A stretch of 63,769 bases of DNA, the filler included, from Lenisia limosa (Eukaryota; Protista; Breviatea), in assembly GCA_001655205.1 (NCBI GenBank). It is 15 parts of 15 records of this genome, joined end to end, with 100 filler letters (N's around TTAATTAATTAA, not from the genome) between each part and the next. Parts side by side here need not be neighbours in the genome. Positions count along the whole stretch, not along the records: positions 1 to 9,601 come from LPNZ01007753.1; positions 9,702 to 12,671 come from LPNZ01010727.1; positions 12,772 to 16,800 come from LPNZ01003088.1; 12 more parts are not named here. The stretch is one strand, 5' to 3'. Shown here piece after piece: positions 1-12,856 of this stretch. Every line of letters begins with the position of its first letter. The first letter of the stretch is position 1. Below the pieces are notes generated by a model. The model did not search any database. It was not told the DNA's origin and was given only the letters and a program-made list of their open reading frames with translations. Made by a program: the position numbers and the translations under genes.

Positions 1-46
1 GGGGGAGTAAAAAATGCGAAAAAGGTCCAAAGAGATGTCCACGCAC

Positions 47-3000
47 CGTGATATGCGCATTAGACGCAGGGGATATCGGGCAGTTCCAAGGATGCATAAG
101 AGAATCGTCGTCCTGAAAGGTGAGGCCAAACTGAGGATTTCATTACGCAATTGAACTCTCAAAATACATCCCAGCCAGGTGGGACAATTATGATAAAAAA
201 ATCCATGGTATCGCCGAAGGCGCCCCAAACGTACCTCAATTATGGGCATTGAGGAGAGGGCTTCGTCGCACTCCAAACTGAAAGTGGTGATAGCCGTTCG
301 ACCATTGTTTTTTAACAAGGACTTATAATGGTATGACCACAACAAATCATTATATTACGGGGTATCGGATTGGCGTGCTATTTTCAACCATCAAATAAAC
401 CTTACATTTCATATCATATGTTATAATGCTCATTTGCATGTGTAGGAATGAGACCCAAAAAAGGAATGCCCGATACTTTGAGAGTGAGAGGACCGCGGGT
501 TTGGAGGAAGTAAACAATCTGGGGTTGACAGCCAGTGGGATAGAGGCGTCAATGAGCTCTGATGTAGTGGAGCTGTGGTGTTATCATGATTGTAGTATAT
601 AACGTCTTAAGCCCTTAAGTCTGAAAAAGACCGGAAAATATCGATATTTATCAATAAATGTCAAGAACATCAGTATTTTTTGGGAAAATTGGGAGTCAAA
701 AAGGACCCTTCAATAGTTATTTTAGACGTACTCAGAGTGGTCGCTATTGACACTAGCCAGGGCGGAGAGGCGTTTGACAGTGACGTTGACAGTGTTGAGC
801 TTACATGGAATTCTGCGATGTAAAAAGGACGTAACTGGAACCCACAGACGTGTAAACTGGGACCCCCCCCCCCCACGTATTCATTTCATCAAAAACCCTG
901 GAACTGAGGCAGTGAGATGATGCGAGATTTGTGAACGCTGACAATACCTTTCCTGGAGGGTGAACATTGGACAGTCAGTGCACAAAACCGCACTTATCAA
1001 ACAACCTTANNNNNNNNNNNNNNNNNNNNNNNNNNNNNNNNNNNNNNNNNNNNNNNNNNNNNNNNNNNNNNNNNNNNNNNNNNNNNNNNATATCGCTGAA
1101 GCTGGTTTTGAGCTGACCGGCAGCCAGGATGGACTTCTCATTGAAATGCTTCATCCTAGGGGTATGTGTGTGACATTTTTTGGGCATGTGTGTGTGACTC
1201 TCTCCCTACCATTCCGATATAGGCTTGCTGTGAGGCGACAGTTCAGGGAAGTCCTTCAAAAGAACGTCAATAGCAATAGCAGGCTGAGGCTAAGGGGGTT
1301 AAGAATAGAAATATGACGATGGTTGTGCTCTTCTATATATATGACATCTGAATAGCTATGATTATTATTTGAAGATTGTTGTTATAAGGGGCAGGGAAAT
1401 CCCGTTGGTAAATCGGGGCATACCATTTTCTCAAGAATATATTCACGCATGACCGGGAAGAACGCAGGGGGAATGGTGATGGCAGGTCCTTCAGTGAAGG
1501 GGACAAGAATTCCACTAAAGCGTCAGATTCGGACTAAANNNNNNNNNNNNNNNNNNNNNNNNNNNNNNNNNNNNNNNNNNNNNNNNNNNNNNNNNNNNNN
1601 NNNNNNNNNNNNNNNNNNNNNNNNNNNNNNNNNNNNNNNNNNNNNNNNNNNNNNNNNNNNNNNNNNNNNNNGGACGCCGCAATGCAAAGAGCGTTACCAC
1701 TTCCATACGGCTGAGGGGTACCAAGCCGCTCAGAATGCTCGTTGTTGAAGATTCGCACTAAGTCCTTGGGGGAGCGCTGGAGGTGTAAAGAGTACGTAAA
1801 ATGGAATATGACGGTACCTGACCGAATTAGTCTCCTCAGACCAAAAACAACTCGCTGGGCTATGAAAGAGGAATTTATCTAAGGAAGCAAGTTTAAGGGC
1901 TTCACTCGGTTCAAAAAAAGACTAAATGTCGCGATAAATCCTTGAAAACTATCGATATATATTCCTGAGTGTTTTCGAACCGAAGTGAAGCCCTAGTAAG
2001 TATGAATGTAATCCAAGAATCCACAAGTGAGGCATTTCCATTCCACCAACATCAGGATTTGTAAGGGTGCTTTCTTCTACTTTTTCACCGAGGAGTAATA
2101 CCATGTCACAAACAAGGGATTCAAGCTAAAACGGTAAGAGCGGTCAGAGAGGGGGGAGGGATGGTTCATATCATATCTAGCAATATTTATTATATAATAT
2201 ATCATATATAATACATATATTATACATATACATATATTATACATGTATATATTATACTACATATATATATATGTTATATATATATCGATATGCAAATTAT
2301 ATATGTATACATGTATGTACTGTACCAAGTAATTATTTATCAAAACTAAACCTAAATGGGGACGAATTACAAAAATTTACCTTCTCCAAGTTTTGCTCGG
2401 AAATATTGTCCACTATATTACTATTTCATGAAGCTAGCTCTAACTCACCTTTTTAAGTTTGCCAAGCATGTCGCTCTCCAAAAGCCGTATGCAGAGAGCA
2501 AGCAGTTCACTACAGTCATTAGGAGGTACTATTGGTACACGGGGTAACGCTGCAGTATTAACAGTGCATTTTGGTTCAATTAGTACTCTAGCGCACGTCC
2601 TCATCTGTGCTATTTCTGTGTCTCTAGTGATTTTGAAAAAGTGGGAATTTTTGTTTCGAAAAGCCCACGCCAGGCTCTTAAATTGGGAAAATTTACAACA
2701 TCTTTTGCAGTAGCAGCCACTCCTTCAAACCTCTTGACAGCCAGGGAGGGGCAGTGTCTTACAGCCGCACTGCAGGGGTGAGAACAGTCAATCTCCATTG
2801 GTATTACAGTAAAGTTCATATACATGTACGTAGTACTTGAACTCCAATAACAACGATGTATCTATCCCATGTTACACATTGAACAAGGCCACTTGTACCT
2901 CCCCCCCCCCCNNNNNNNNNNNNNNNNNNNNNNNNNNNNNNNNNNNNNNNNNNNNNNNNNNTAAGCAGTTTCCTTCAATATAAGCAGCCCTTTCCACCAT

Positions 3001-6000
3001 CATTCCAGTTGGGGTATCCAAAGTCTCCTGTTCAGGCAAGGTTTTTTGACGCGGCGAAATTTCCAACCCCATCCCACATCATCATTGAAATGCAGACGTC
3101 AATATCGGGCATATTGTCCAGTTCAGCTTCATTGTAAGGATAGTTGGCTCCATCAAAAAGCAACACAGAGAATTATTTTAAATCGAGAAGCAAATACTTT
3201 CGAGAATAAAATCGAGAATAAAATTGTTTTAGAGAAGATCCATGAACTAATGTAAGCCCCAAACCTCCTATAGCCTTGATGTCCTTGTCGTTCATTTTCC
3301 TCTGAGGAAGTAAGTATATTGAAGTATTATTTTATAATGTTAATAATACAAGATATCAAAATTGATTTTTAACCGACTGTACGATCCAAACTCACCTTCT
3401 CTTCAGGGGTGATGAGTGCGTATGAGATGTAAGCCTTGATAAGACCCTCCGTGCACTTGATGGCTGTTTCAGGGTACTCAATCTGAATGGGTGAACAGGG
3501 ATTCAATTTGGTCATAAAAGAAGACGGAGTGGAGTACTGGAACTCTTGATAAATCTCAAAACTACACGTGCTTTGAAAGCAAGAGTAAACACAAAGAAAA
3601 AAGATGATACGCAAGAAGATCCCTTGAATAATCACAAAAAAAGAAAAATACTAAAACAAAGCAAAATAAGAAAACAATAATAATAATAATAAAAAAAGAA
3701 TCGGAAGTACAGCCCTCCTGATTGTGACCCGGTGAAGCGTCCTACCATTGCATCCTTTATTGACTTGTTGGGGTTGATGCTCCATTGAATTGAACGGAAA
3801 ATGTCAATGAAGAGTGACCTTGGAGTGTAACACGAGAATAAACCATTTTGCAACGATATCTGTACTGCCCCCCCCCCCCACGATTTGCTGTCGGCCGCTT
3901 TACCGTCCTTATTGAGAGCCTTCTGCACTCTTGAGGCGCCAATGAAGGTCACGGCATGCCGACTCAGTGTCACAAGCGTGTCGTGGACCAGGAGCTCTCT
4001 TTTCCTGAGGGGGTGTGAACTGTATTTGTGAGCAGGATCGTTCTCTTTCTTTCTCTCTCTGTGTGTGTGTGTCTGTGGCTCGTNNNNNNNNNNNNNNNNN
4101 NNNNNNNNNNNNNNNNNNNNNNNNNNNNNNNNNNNNNNNNNNNNNNNNNNNNNNNNNNNNNNNNNNNNNNNNNNNNNNNNNNNNNNNNNNNNNNNNNNNN
4201 NNNNNNNNNNNNNNNNNNNNNNNNNNNNNNNNNNNNNNNNNNNNNNNNNNNNNNNNNNNNNNNNNNNNNNNNNNNNNNNNNNNNNNNNNNNNNNNNNNNN
4301 NNNNNNNNNNNNNNNNNNNNNNNNNNNNNNNNNNNNNNNNNNNNNNNNNNNNNNNNNNNNNNNNNNNNNNNNNNNNNNNNNNNNNNNNNNNNNNNNNNNN
4401 NNNNNNNNNNAAACGTTAATATTGTGTGACACACATGGGGGTTGAAATAAAAGCACAGGTCAGTCAGTCACTTCAACAGAACCGCATCCGTATGTAAAAA
4501 TGGTAAATATAAGTTGGTACTATAATGTAACACATATATCATACAAACCCATCTTGAGGATCAAAGGAGGAATGATTAAGAAGCGAGCTGTTTGGACTTT
4601 TCTCCCCCTACTTTCGAGCACAGCTGCGACCTTCTCAGATTGATCGTTGGCAGATGAGGGGGGCAGACCCATAAGGTGTGTCTCATACACTACAAAACAT
4701 GAACCATTAAGCATTTGAAACAAAAAGGCTGTCTCAAATTAATTCTATGGTATGATGTTGACATGGGAAATGTTATTAACAAAAGGGGATGTGCCACTCT
4801 TTGCACTTTCCCTGACGCCAATTGATGTCCTTCCATTATCCTGTCACCTACCAGCATCATCCATAGAATGGTAGTGCAGCTTGTTCCAGAGGTCTTCCAC
4901 AAAGTTCCTCATATCTTCGTTACTCGTACATGGGAAAAGCTTGAGAACGTCACAATCTGTCGTGGCAATCCTGAGTAAGGCGTTAAAGTGTTGGTTCTCG
5001 TCATACTTGAAAAAGTCATCTGTACTACATATTGATATATAACTGTGTGTAACATGTGGAACCGCGAAATCGAAAAAGAAAGGAGTAGCGGGAGCTGAAG
5101 GAGAAGTAAGTGGTGCAGATGACGTCCAATAGTATATCATTCATTATAATACTGGTATTATGTATCTGCTAATACAATACTTAACCCTCAGTTTTATTAA
5201 CTGAAATCCTGAAGAAGGCCCCTAGTCACACCAACCTGCGAGGCGCCGTATTCAGCGGAAGTTCAGCAAAGAAGTCCGTGGTTTCACGGGCTAAATCATC
5301 AGAGGTTTGTGCTTTAGTTTCCGTAGTGCTGGTCACGGATTCAGCAGGAGCAGGGGCTGGCTCGGATGGGGGTTGTTGTGGCTCGTCGTTTTCTGACTCA
5401 GTTTCCCACTCGTCTTCTGAGGTAGTGAAGCAGAAGTGTGTTTATTATTTATCACTTAATAGTGAATGTGACGGGACAAAAAGGAATACTAGTGTGTGTA
5501 GCGTAATCAAACACTATTGTTCCAATCTGCCCGCTGGATCATACATATCGATGTGCTCAAGTTCAATGAACAAAAAGAGAACTTGTAAAAAGAAAAAGAC
5601 CCAAAAACGTATACGACCCCCCACCACCACCAGCGTCGTCTTCATTGACGTCTGCATCTTGTTTAGAGGACTGGAAGAGGTCACTCAAAACATTTTGGGG
5701 AACAGAAATAATCATAAAAGTGAATTTTTTTTTATAAGTTTTCTTTATTTAAACAAAACCTGGGGGTCCCTTGGTACCTTTTTGACCTCTTTCTGAGGCT
5801 CGGGCTGGGCTGGCACAGGGGCTCCCTTGACTACACAGTCCATTTCCTCCAGAAGGTTGAAGTTGGTGTCGTCTCTGCTTCGGTCAAATGGAGGCTTGTA
5901 TATTATGTAATGACCAAAGAGCTGAGTGCCTCAGGACCATGCTCAGATCTAAGGTTATAATGTCTAAAGGACCAAATGGGAGATTTAAGGTTAACCATGA

Positions 6001-6310
6001 ATCCCCATTCCAGACTCACATACGCCCACTCATCCCGATACCCCCCCCCCCNNNNNNNNNNNNNNNNNNNNNNNNNNNNNNNNNNNNNNNNNNNNNNNNN
6101 NNNNNNNNNNNNNNNNNNNNNNNNNNNNNNNNNNNNNNNNNNNNNNNNNNNNNNNNNNNNNNNNNNNNNNNNNNNNNNNNNNNNNNNNNNNNNNNNNNNN
6201 NNNNNNNNNNNNNNNNNNNNNNNNNNNNNNNNNNNNNNTGGCGTGGTGGCGGAGAACAAGGATGCTCTGAGCCCGGGAGACAAATCGCTTCTGGAAGGCT
6301 ATTAGATCTT
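47..6310 (-). CDS. large multi-exon gene, unknown product (5' and 3' ends not resolved)
   Basis: Phase-compatible GT-AG exons, e.g. STCSFEIYQEFQYSTPSSFMTKLNPCSPIQIEYPETAIKCTEGLIKAYISYALITPEEK|RKMNDKDIKAIG, GPAITIPPAFFPVMREYILEKM|PQPAIAIDVLLKDFPELSPHSKPISEW|MKHFNEKSILAAGQ and LECDEALSSMPIIE|DDDSLMHPWNCP; no domain recognised. Confidence 0.6.
608..667. mobile_element. MITE family A, partial
   Basis: GAAAAAGACCGGAAAATATCGATATTTATC core. Confidence 0.6.
1894..1996. mobile_element. MITE family A, subfamily A1, full length
   Basis: TIR AGGGCTTCACTCGGTTC...GAACCGAAGTGAAGCCCTA. Confidence 0.85.
2185..2320. repeat. (AT)n-rich low-complexity tract
   Basis: Imperfect TA/ATAC repeats; a similar tract lies at 23655-23715. 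Confidence 0.8.
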
Positions 6311-7028
6311 GGGATGGTTGTGTGAAATGAAAAAGGGCCAAAAAATGATACGTATTTGTATCCACTTCACCTACATGTAAGTAATGCTATGAAAAACTGC
6401 GACAAATACGCGATGTTGGGTAAAAGCCAGAAACGATGCCCCCCCCCCCCCNNNNNNNNNNNNNNNNNNNNNNNNNNNNNNNNNNNNNNNNNNNNNNNNN
6501 NNNNNNNNNNNNNNNNNNNNNNNNNNNNNNNNNNNNNNNNNNNNNNNNNNNNNNNNNNNNNNNNNNNNNNNNNNNNNNNNNNNNNNNNNNNNNNNNNNNN
6601 NNNNNNNNNNNNNNNNNNNNNNNNNNNNNNNNNNNNNNNNNNNNNNNNNNNNNNNNNNNNNNNNNNNNNNNNNNNNNNNNNNNNNNNNNNNNNNNNNNAG
6701 GGTATAAAAGTAGTGCGAGTGTAAGTGCCAATTAATTATCAAAATGGATTGTAATGAGCATCCAAACCCCTTAATCATATCTTTAGTAATATCTCACTTG
6801 CTTTCTCCTGTTGCTTCCGCGCTCTACAATAATCAGGAGGGAGTGGACGATGCGACTCATGATAAAATCAATATACTATGATATGCATATGATATTGATA
6901 CGCAAAGTGTATCATTAAAAACCACTAACTCACTGTCACCCACAACTCATACTGCAAACAAAACTATGACATACAAAGCCACTCCCTCTCAACAAACAAA
7001 GGCTGCCCAAAAAAAGGACACGATACTC

Positions 7029-9320
7029 CCCCCGACCGAGGGTGACGGCGGCGTGCTATTGACCCGCTCCCAAATGGTGGTGATTTGCCGCCGCATGGGG
7101 AAGAAAACCGGCAGGTCCGCTTCGGAGCAGTCCACTAGAGATTCGTAGGCATCCTCAGTCTCACAAAGCAATACCTGGGGAGGGGGGGGGGTGAAACAGC
7201 AGCAACTTAGACAATTGTTAATAAAATTTAACATTATAGTGAAAACATAATAATTGAGACAACGTCAAGCCACTTCTGCCATCACCTCTCTCCTCCCGTT
7301 CATAGCCCCTCACAAGGGCCTTCGCTGATGTGGTACCAAGGGATTCAATAATCTGGTCTATCTCGAGACTCTAAAGAGTTTAAACGGGGAGATAATCCTG
7401 TCATTATCTGGAAAACATACTAAGCTAATTTAATCCTTATGTTCTAATAATTATCCAAGAATCTAAAAAGTCATCTCAAACTCAAAATCAGACCCTTTTA
7501 AGTGTCAGTATAAACAACCAAAAACGTCAATGTTTGTATGTTTGAATTCAAGCTCACCTCCTCGCCTCCGTCGACCTTGACCACGGCAACGAACGGTGTG
7601 CTGGAATTCGACCATCCTGGCCTGAAGTTCAGCAAGTACGCTGCATCGACTTGAACTGCTTCAATGGGCACCATAGGAAGCCTGTACTCGTCTATAGCGT
7701 CAGACCGACCCAGTCTTATTATGGCAGACCCCTAAATACATACATGTAAATAACCCCATAACCCCCCAAAGAGGAATTACACCCCCTCACTCAAAGGGAT
7801 CATTTCTTCTTCAAAGTCCTCATTTGTGGCATTGGGCGTGTGCTGGCGTCTCTCCTCAGGCCCACTTCGCCCGAAACCGAAGAAAACCTCTCCACCTAGG
7901 GGGTGAGGGGGACATGGGTCGATAGTGTGATAATATTTAATCGTGAAACTGTCTCGGTTGTAACACTCCTTCCACACAAAGGCACATCACAACCCACAAA
8001 TGCTAACGTCCCAACTTACTCAGGTGAAGAACAGCAATGGTCACTTCCATGGAATTGACGAGGCAGTTCACTTCAGCATCTAAAGAGGTCATGAATGTGC
8101 TGTTTGACTAAAGAGGTCATGAATGTGATGTTTGACAGGAATATTAGGTTACTTGGAGATAATGCGAGGATGATACTCTTCTTGTTCGTTCTATTGCGCT
8201 TATTAATCTGATCTGACACATGGCGTATCTGCGTATCTCTTATGTGAACTAATATACCCCCCGCTTCCCGCAGCTTACCATCTTGAAATTCGAATATCGA
8301 ACCCATGTTCACAATAATTCTAAATAGTCAAGTTTAATTATGAGAGAATGAATGAGGAAGAAAAGAAATCTGCAATTCCCCAACTAGCATTTGGAGATAT
8401 ATTTGCCATAGAGAGCGATGTATTGAACAATAATATGACTAGAGTGCAAACGACTTCGGGTGATATTAAATGCTATTGAGGCGATGTACTGCGTAATACA
8501 GTTCATGGACTTGGTACAAATAAAAAGAAACGCAAGAGAGCCGCCCCCAACCTCAGGAAGTCAACGAAAGTTACTTCATTGGCGTCAAGAACGTAACAGT
8601 TGACCTGGGGGGGGGGGTGAACCAAAATAGCTCCAAGAATAGACAAGTAATTTATTATCTATCTAAGCAGGTGTTTTTAACCCGTCATAAGTAGTAGCTT
8701 AGCTTTGTAGCTGAAGACAATATTGCAAAAACAAGCAATAGCACATAGGAAGAAATACAGTGCTCAAAATCGCACATAGGAAGAAATCAAAAGCTTCTTC
8801 CGCACTCCCTTTTCTCACCCAGCTCGAAGCACACTCTCGCCGCTCTTCATCACTGTCGTAGTCATCTGAGTCCTCATTCTCCACCAACTGGGGGGGGGGG
8901 GNNNNNNNNNNNNNNNNNNNNNNNNNNNNNNNNNNNNNNNNNNNNNNNNNNNNNNNNNNNNNNNNNNNNNNNNNNNNNNNNNNNNNNNNNNNNNNNNNNN
9001 NNGAAAACTGAAGAGGCAATGTACGGGGGAGGATGCGTGAGAAATATGAGAACGTATCAAGTTGTTATCTGTATGCATTCCAAGATGCTATTTCATGTTC
9101 TCTAAAAAGCAGTTTCTTAGTTTTCCCCACAGATTTGCTACCTATCCCAAATAAACTCTCTACATCCCCGTGTTACCCCTCCCTTGTGCCTGAGACCTCC
9201 ACCCCCAGAGCCTACACAAGCCTGTGCGAAGAGGAAATCCAAGAGGATGTTTTCGGCCGGGTAGCTACCAGTTGTGATCAGCGCCTGGTACTTTTCATAG
9301 AGCTGAAGAGTGACAAATGT
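7029..9320 (-). CDS. multi-exon gene of unknown product (may be the 5' part of the 47-6310 gene)
   Basis: Spliceable exons GSAIIRLGRSDAIDEYRLPMVPIEAVQVDAAYLLNFRPGWSNSSTPFVAVVKVDGGEE|IIESLGTTSAKALVRGYERE, VLLCETEDAYESLVDCSEADLPVFFPMRRQITTIWERV, VNCYVLDANEVTFVDFLR and LYEKYQALITTGSYPAENILLDFLF. Confidence 0.6.
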
Positions 9321-10392
9321 GGTTTTGTTCAATGATAGTTAGTTAATTATGTTCTATAAAGCAATAATGATGAATCGTTTTTCAATGGTTACAATTTAAA
9401 AAACCAATAACCGACAGAGTTAACTATCTTAATTATGTTTCCATATGCCCCGCGCACCGTTTCGATACTGTCATAGATACCATCATTCGAGTCAACAGGC
9501 ATGGATTTTATGAAGTCAATCTGGACAGTGAGAGAATACACATTCCGTCTCCCAAATAGAGTATACTAATTATTATGGTGTAATGCTCCGAAATACACAT
9601 ANNNNNNNNNNNNNNNNNNNNNNNNNNNNNNNNNNNNNNNNNNNNTTAATTAATTAANNNNNNNNNNNNNNNNNNNNNNNNNNNNNNNNNNNNNNNNNNN
9701 NTTGAGTTGCCACTGGCAGAAGCAGAACAAGATAAAAGTTCAGAAGAGTGACAACGGAAGTAGAACTAAAACTTGGCATTTGCCTCCCTCAATACCTTTT
9801 TTAGAATTTCAACATTTGATAAAGACTCCAGAGATACATGGGGGACTTTTCGATGCGGCAAAATGTCGATAAGGAGCAGCAGAAACTGCTTGTAGTAGAA
9901 GTACGTCTGTACAACATCTTCGTTTTGCTTGTCAAAAAACGTTCCTTGTGTATAGAGGTTGAGAACACCCTTGGACTTGACAGTGGGAATAGCCCTCGCG
10001 ACGTGAAGGGCTTGCGTCTCCACTGCCTGATTTAATTCTTCTATAGACTTGAAATCAAACATTCTACATATTCCTAAGCGTGTGATTGCTTCACTTTCTG
10101 TATTTTCCCAAATTTGTTACATTTTCACTTACATTTATTACATGTTAGTAAATATTTTCAAAAAATCAAAAAGCGAATGAAAGAATGAAAGAAGAAGATG
10201 AAAAATGCATAAGGATGATGATGACCAAGGGTTAAGAAGCTTTGAGAAGCTGTAGACATGGTGGCGGTTGAGTTGTTGGAGAAGATCGCTCAGGTCTGCG
10301 AGCGTCCTCTCTCTGTTCCTGAAGATCTGGATAAGCGTTTATTAAGCGCAATCTCGCCTTTAAAGCCGGGTGTCAAGCTTTCCCCGGAAACT

Positions 10393-10650
10393 AAGTGGGT
10401 TTTACGTTTCTCTATCATGCTTCATTGTTGGGTTTAATTTCTCTATCATGCTTCATTGTTGGGTTTAACGTTTCTCTATCATGCTTCATTGTTGGGTTTA
10501 ACGTTTCTCTATCACGTTTCATTGTTGGGTTTAACGTTTCTCTATGTTGGGTTCAACGTTTCTCTATCATGCTTCATTGTTGGGTTTAACGTTTCTCTAT
10601 CATGCGTCATTGTTGGGTTTAACGTTTCTCTATCATGCTTCTTTGTTGGG
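10393..10650. repeat. 33-bp minisatellite, about 8 units (TGTTGGGTTTAACGTTTCTCTATCATGCTTCAT)
   Basis: Direct tandem units without spacers; one unit has an internal deletion near 10545. Confidence 0.9.
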
Positions 10651-11200
10651 TTTTTCGTTGGGATTGTGAGTAAGGAAAGATTATTTTGTTTTCAATTAGG
10701 AAGTTTCATTTCTCTCACTAGTTTTCTTAACTTAAATGGCTCTTCCAAGAGCTCTTGACATCAAGTCTCATTATATAATTTTGGAACTGTAATTTTTGAA
10801 ATGACGTATTCACTCGCTCGATATCTACAAGCTGTGTCAATGGGTTCTTTTACAGCTTCAATATCGTCTACAAAAGACTTAGTTCTCGATAAATACTCGA
10901 TGAATATGCTTGTTTTGTTGATCTCTTGTTCTCCTTCTAAATGCCTTTTGTTTTTGGGGCATCTTTTTCTTTGCTTCTCACCCCCCCCCNNNNNNNNNNN
11001 NNNNNNNNNNNNNNNNNNNNNNNNNNNNNNNNNNNNNNNNNNNNNNNNNNNNNNNNNNNNNNNNNNNNNNNNNNNNNNNNNNNNNNNNNNNNNNNNNNNN
11101 TTCTCCAAAGCAATTAGCCCAATATCCCGAGTTATTAACACATGCATCAGCAGCCTGAGTGCCATTGCTAAAGTGGGGGGAGTGGTGTAAAATTAAGGAA

Positions 11201-11255
11201 CCCTCGAAAACTATCGATATTTTACCGGTTTCTTTCGAACCAAAGTGAAGCCCTA
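11201..11255. mobile_element. MITE family A1, 3' half
   Basis: CTCGAAAACTATCGATATTT...TTCGAACCAAAGTGAAGCCCTA. Confidence 0.8.
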
Positions 11256-11872
11256 TTTCTTATTGCTCATGCAGAAAGCTGGGTAAACAGAGTTACTGGG
11301 CAAATGGTTGGGTGAACTAATATTTACTATCATCTTATAAGCGTGTGGTTGGCCTTGTTTTTTATTTCTAAATGCTATAGAACCCAAAGGACGTCCCATC
11401 GCACGTTCCTTCGATCCTTGCAAATGCAGCTCTTGTTGGATTGAGTGTATGCGGGGATTTTTTTATATTTGGTTTTGTTTTTGTGGTGAGGGTGAGCGTT
11501 TGTTGTTTGAGTTTTTGTAGGGAGGGGATATCCTATTTATTGTTATAATTATGATTTGAAATTATTAAGAAATCTATTTTTCTCACATCATCCACTCAAA
11601 TTGCTTGTCTCATTGAAGCGTCCTTGAGATGTCCTTATTATTATCCTCTTAGTTCTAACGTAAGATTTCTCATAACCATCTTATTTGCTCTCGTAAGGCT
11701 TTATTCACTGACCTAATAGAAACGTTCTTGAGATTTCCTAATAACCTTCCCATTAGGTTGTGGAGGCCGGCGGAGCGCTCATCGAAACGTCGTCACAGTT
11801 TCATTTGGCGTCTCTTCGCCTTGCTGTGGCTGATTCCCTCGTCAGGAACTCAATTGTGAGGGGGGGTAGAGG

Positions 11873-11972
11873 TAAGACTTTACTTCGGTTCGAAAAAACC
11901 CGAGGAAATATCGATAGTTTTCGATGATTTAACGAGAAATTCTCTCTTTTTTCGAACCAAAGTGAAGCCCTA
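11873..11972. mobile_element. MITE family A1, full length
   Basis: TAAGACTTTACTTCGGTTCGAAAA...TTCGAACCAAAGTGAAGCCCTA. Confidence 0.85.
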
Positions 11973-12856
11973 GGGTGGTGGGNNNNNNNNNNNNNNNNNN
12001 NNNNNNNNNNNNNNNNNNNNNNNNNNNNNNNNNNNNNNNNNNNNNNNNNNNNNNNTTCTCCTGATTTTGAGGACTTTTTCGTTCAGAAAGTTATTAAGAA
12101 AATTAACAAAATTTAAAATTAAGTTCCTGTATTGGGCTCCTTACAATATGTCTTTAGGACTCTGTTTAAAATTGTTTTTCAGGAAATTAATTAACACAAT
12201 CTGAATGACATATTTTTCATTGAAACATATATGATATAATGTAGTCTAATACAGTAGGGCTCTCATTACAATATGGTTTCAGTTGCATGGAGTCCTACTT
12301 ATCTTGCAGTTGGGGAGAGCCAGTAAGGCCCTTGATGAACTCTTCGCCGCCATCGTCAAAATCGAGGGATGTTCTGTGACAAGTAGGTTTATTAGGGGGA
12401 AAAAAATTGAAGCATTCCGTCAGTTCTTTCAATAAAATCGAAGCATCATCACCATCATCAACAAAACCATCATGCTTAAAAACATCCCTAACTCAACCCC
12501 AGAAGACGATATTCCCGAAGCATCAAGCAACAGTTCCATTGAGGCTTGTAAAATTGTCGTACCTGCCCTTGCTTATGCCTGTGTTTGTTGGACCAAGGGC
12601 GCTTCAAAAGACTATGCTGAAGTGAGGGGGTATGGTGGAAAAATTAATGAAACAAAAAAGCCCAAAATCAANNNNNNNNNNNNNNNNNNNNNNNNNNNNN
12701 NNNNNNNNNNNNNNNTTAATTAATTAANNNNNNNNNNNNNNNNNNNNNNNNNNNNNNNNNNNNNNNNNNNNTTATTACACGCCTCCACCCCCTGATTTTT
12801 TAGACATGTATAAAGAAAGGCCGCGAACACCCCAGGCCCCCAATCCAATCCTTCAG

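Larger units (their letters stand above)
9766..11850 (-). pseudogene. decayed coding remnant, weakly reminiscent of a KDZ/CxC-type transposase
   Basis: Protein-like blocks interrupted by stops (KLYNET*CQELLEEPF; FDERSAGLHNLMGRLLGNLKNVSIRSVNKALREQIRWL*); motifs TCDGTSFG, NRHHVYSFSKLLNPW and EELNQAVETQ only loosely match KDZ motifs. Confidence 0.3.

Noticed and set aside
1894-1996. Family A as integron attC sites
   Set aside because: Lacks RYYYAAC/GTTRRRY ends, lies in spliceosomal introns rather than after cassette ORFs, and no integrase is present.
960-6778. Numerous listed ORFs containing long X runs
   Set aside because: They stay open only because they cross N gaps; not evidence of coding.
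10393-10650. CRISPR-like array
   Set aside because: Units are head-to-tail with no unique spacers, there are no cas genes, and the context is eukaryotic.
10740-10780. Stop-codon reassignment suggested by KLYNET*CQELL and other in-frame stops
   Set aside because: The well-supported spliced genes have no internal stops and end on TAG/TAA; the stops are confined to decayed regions or introns.
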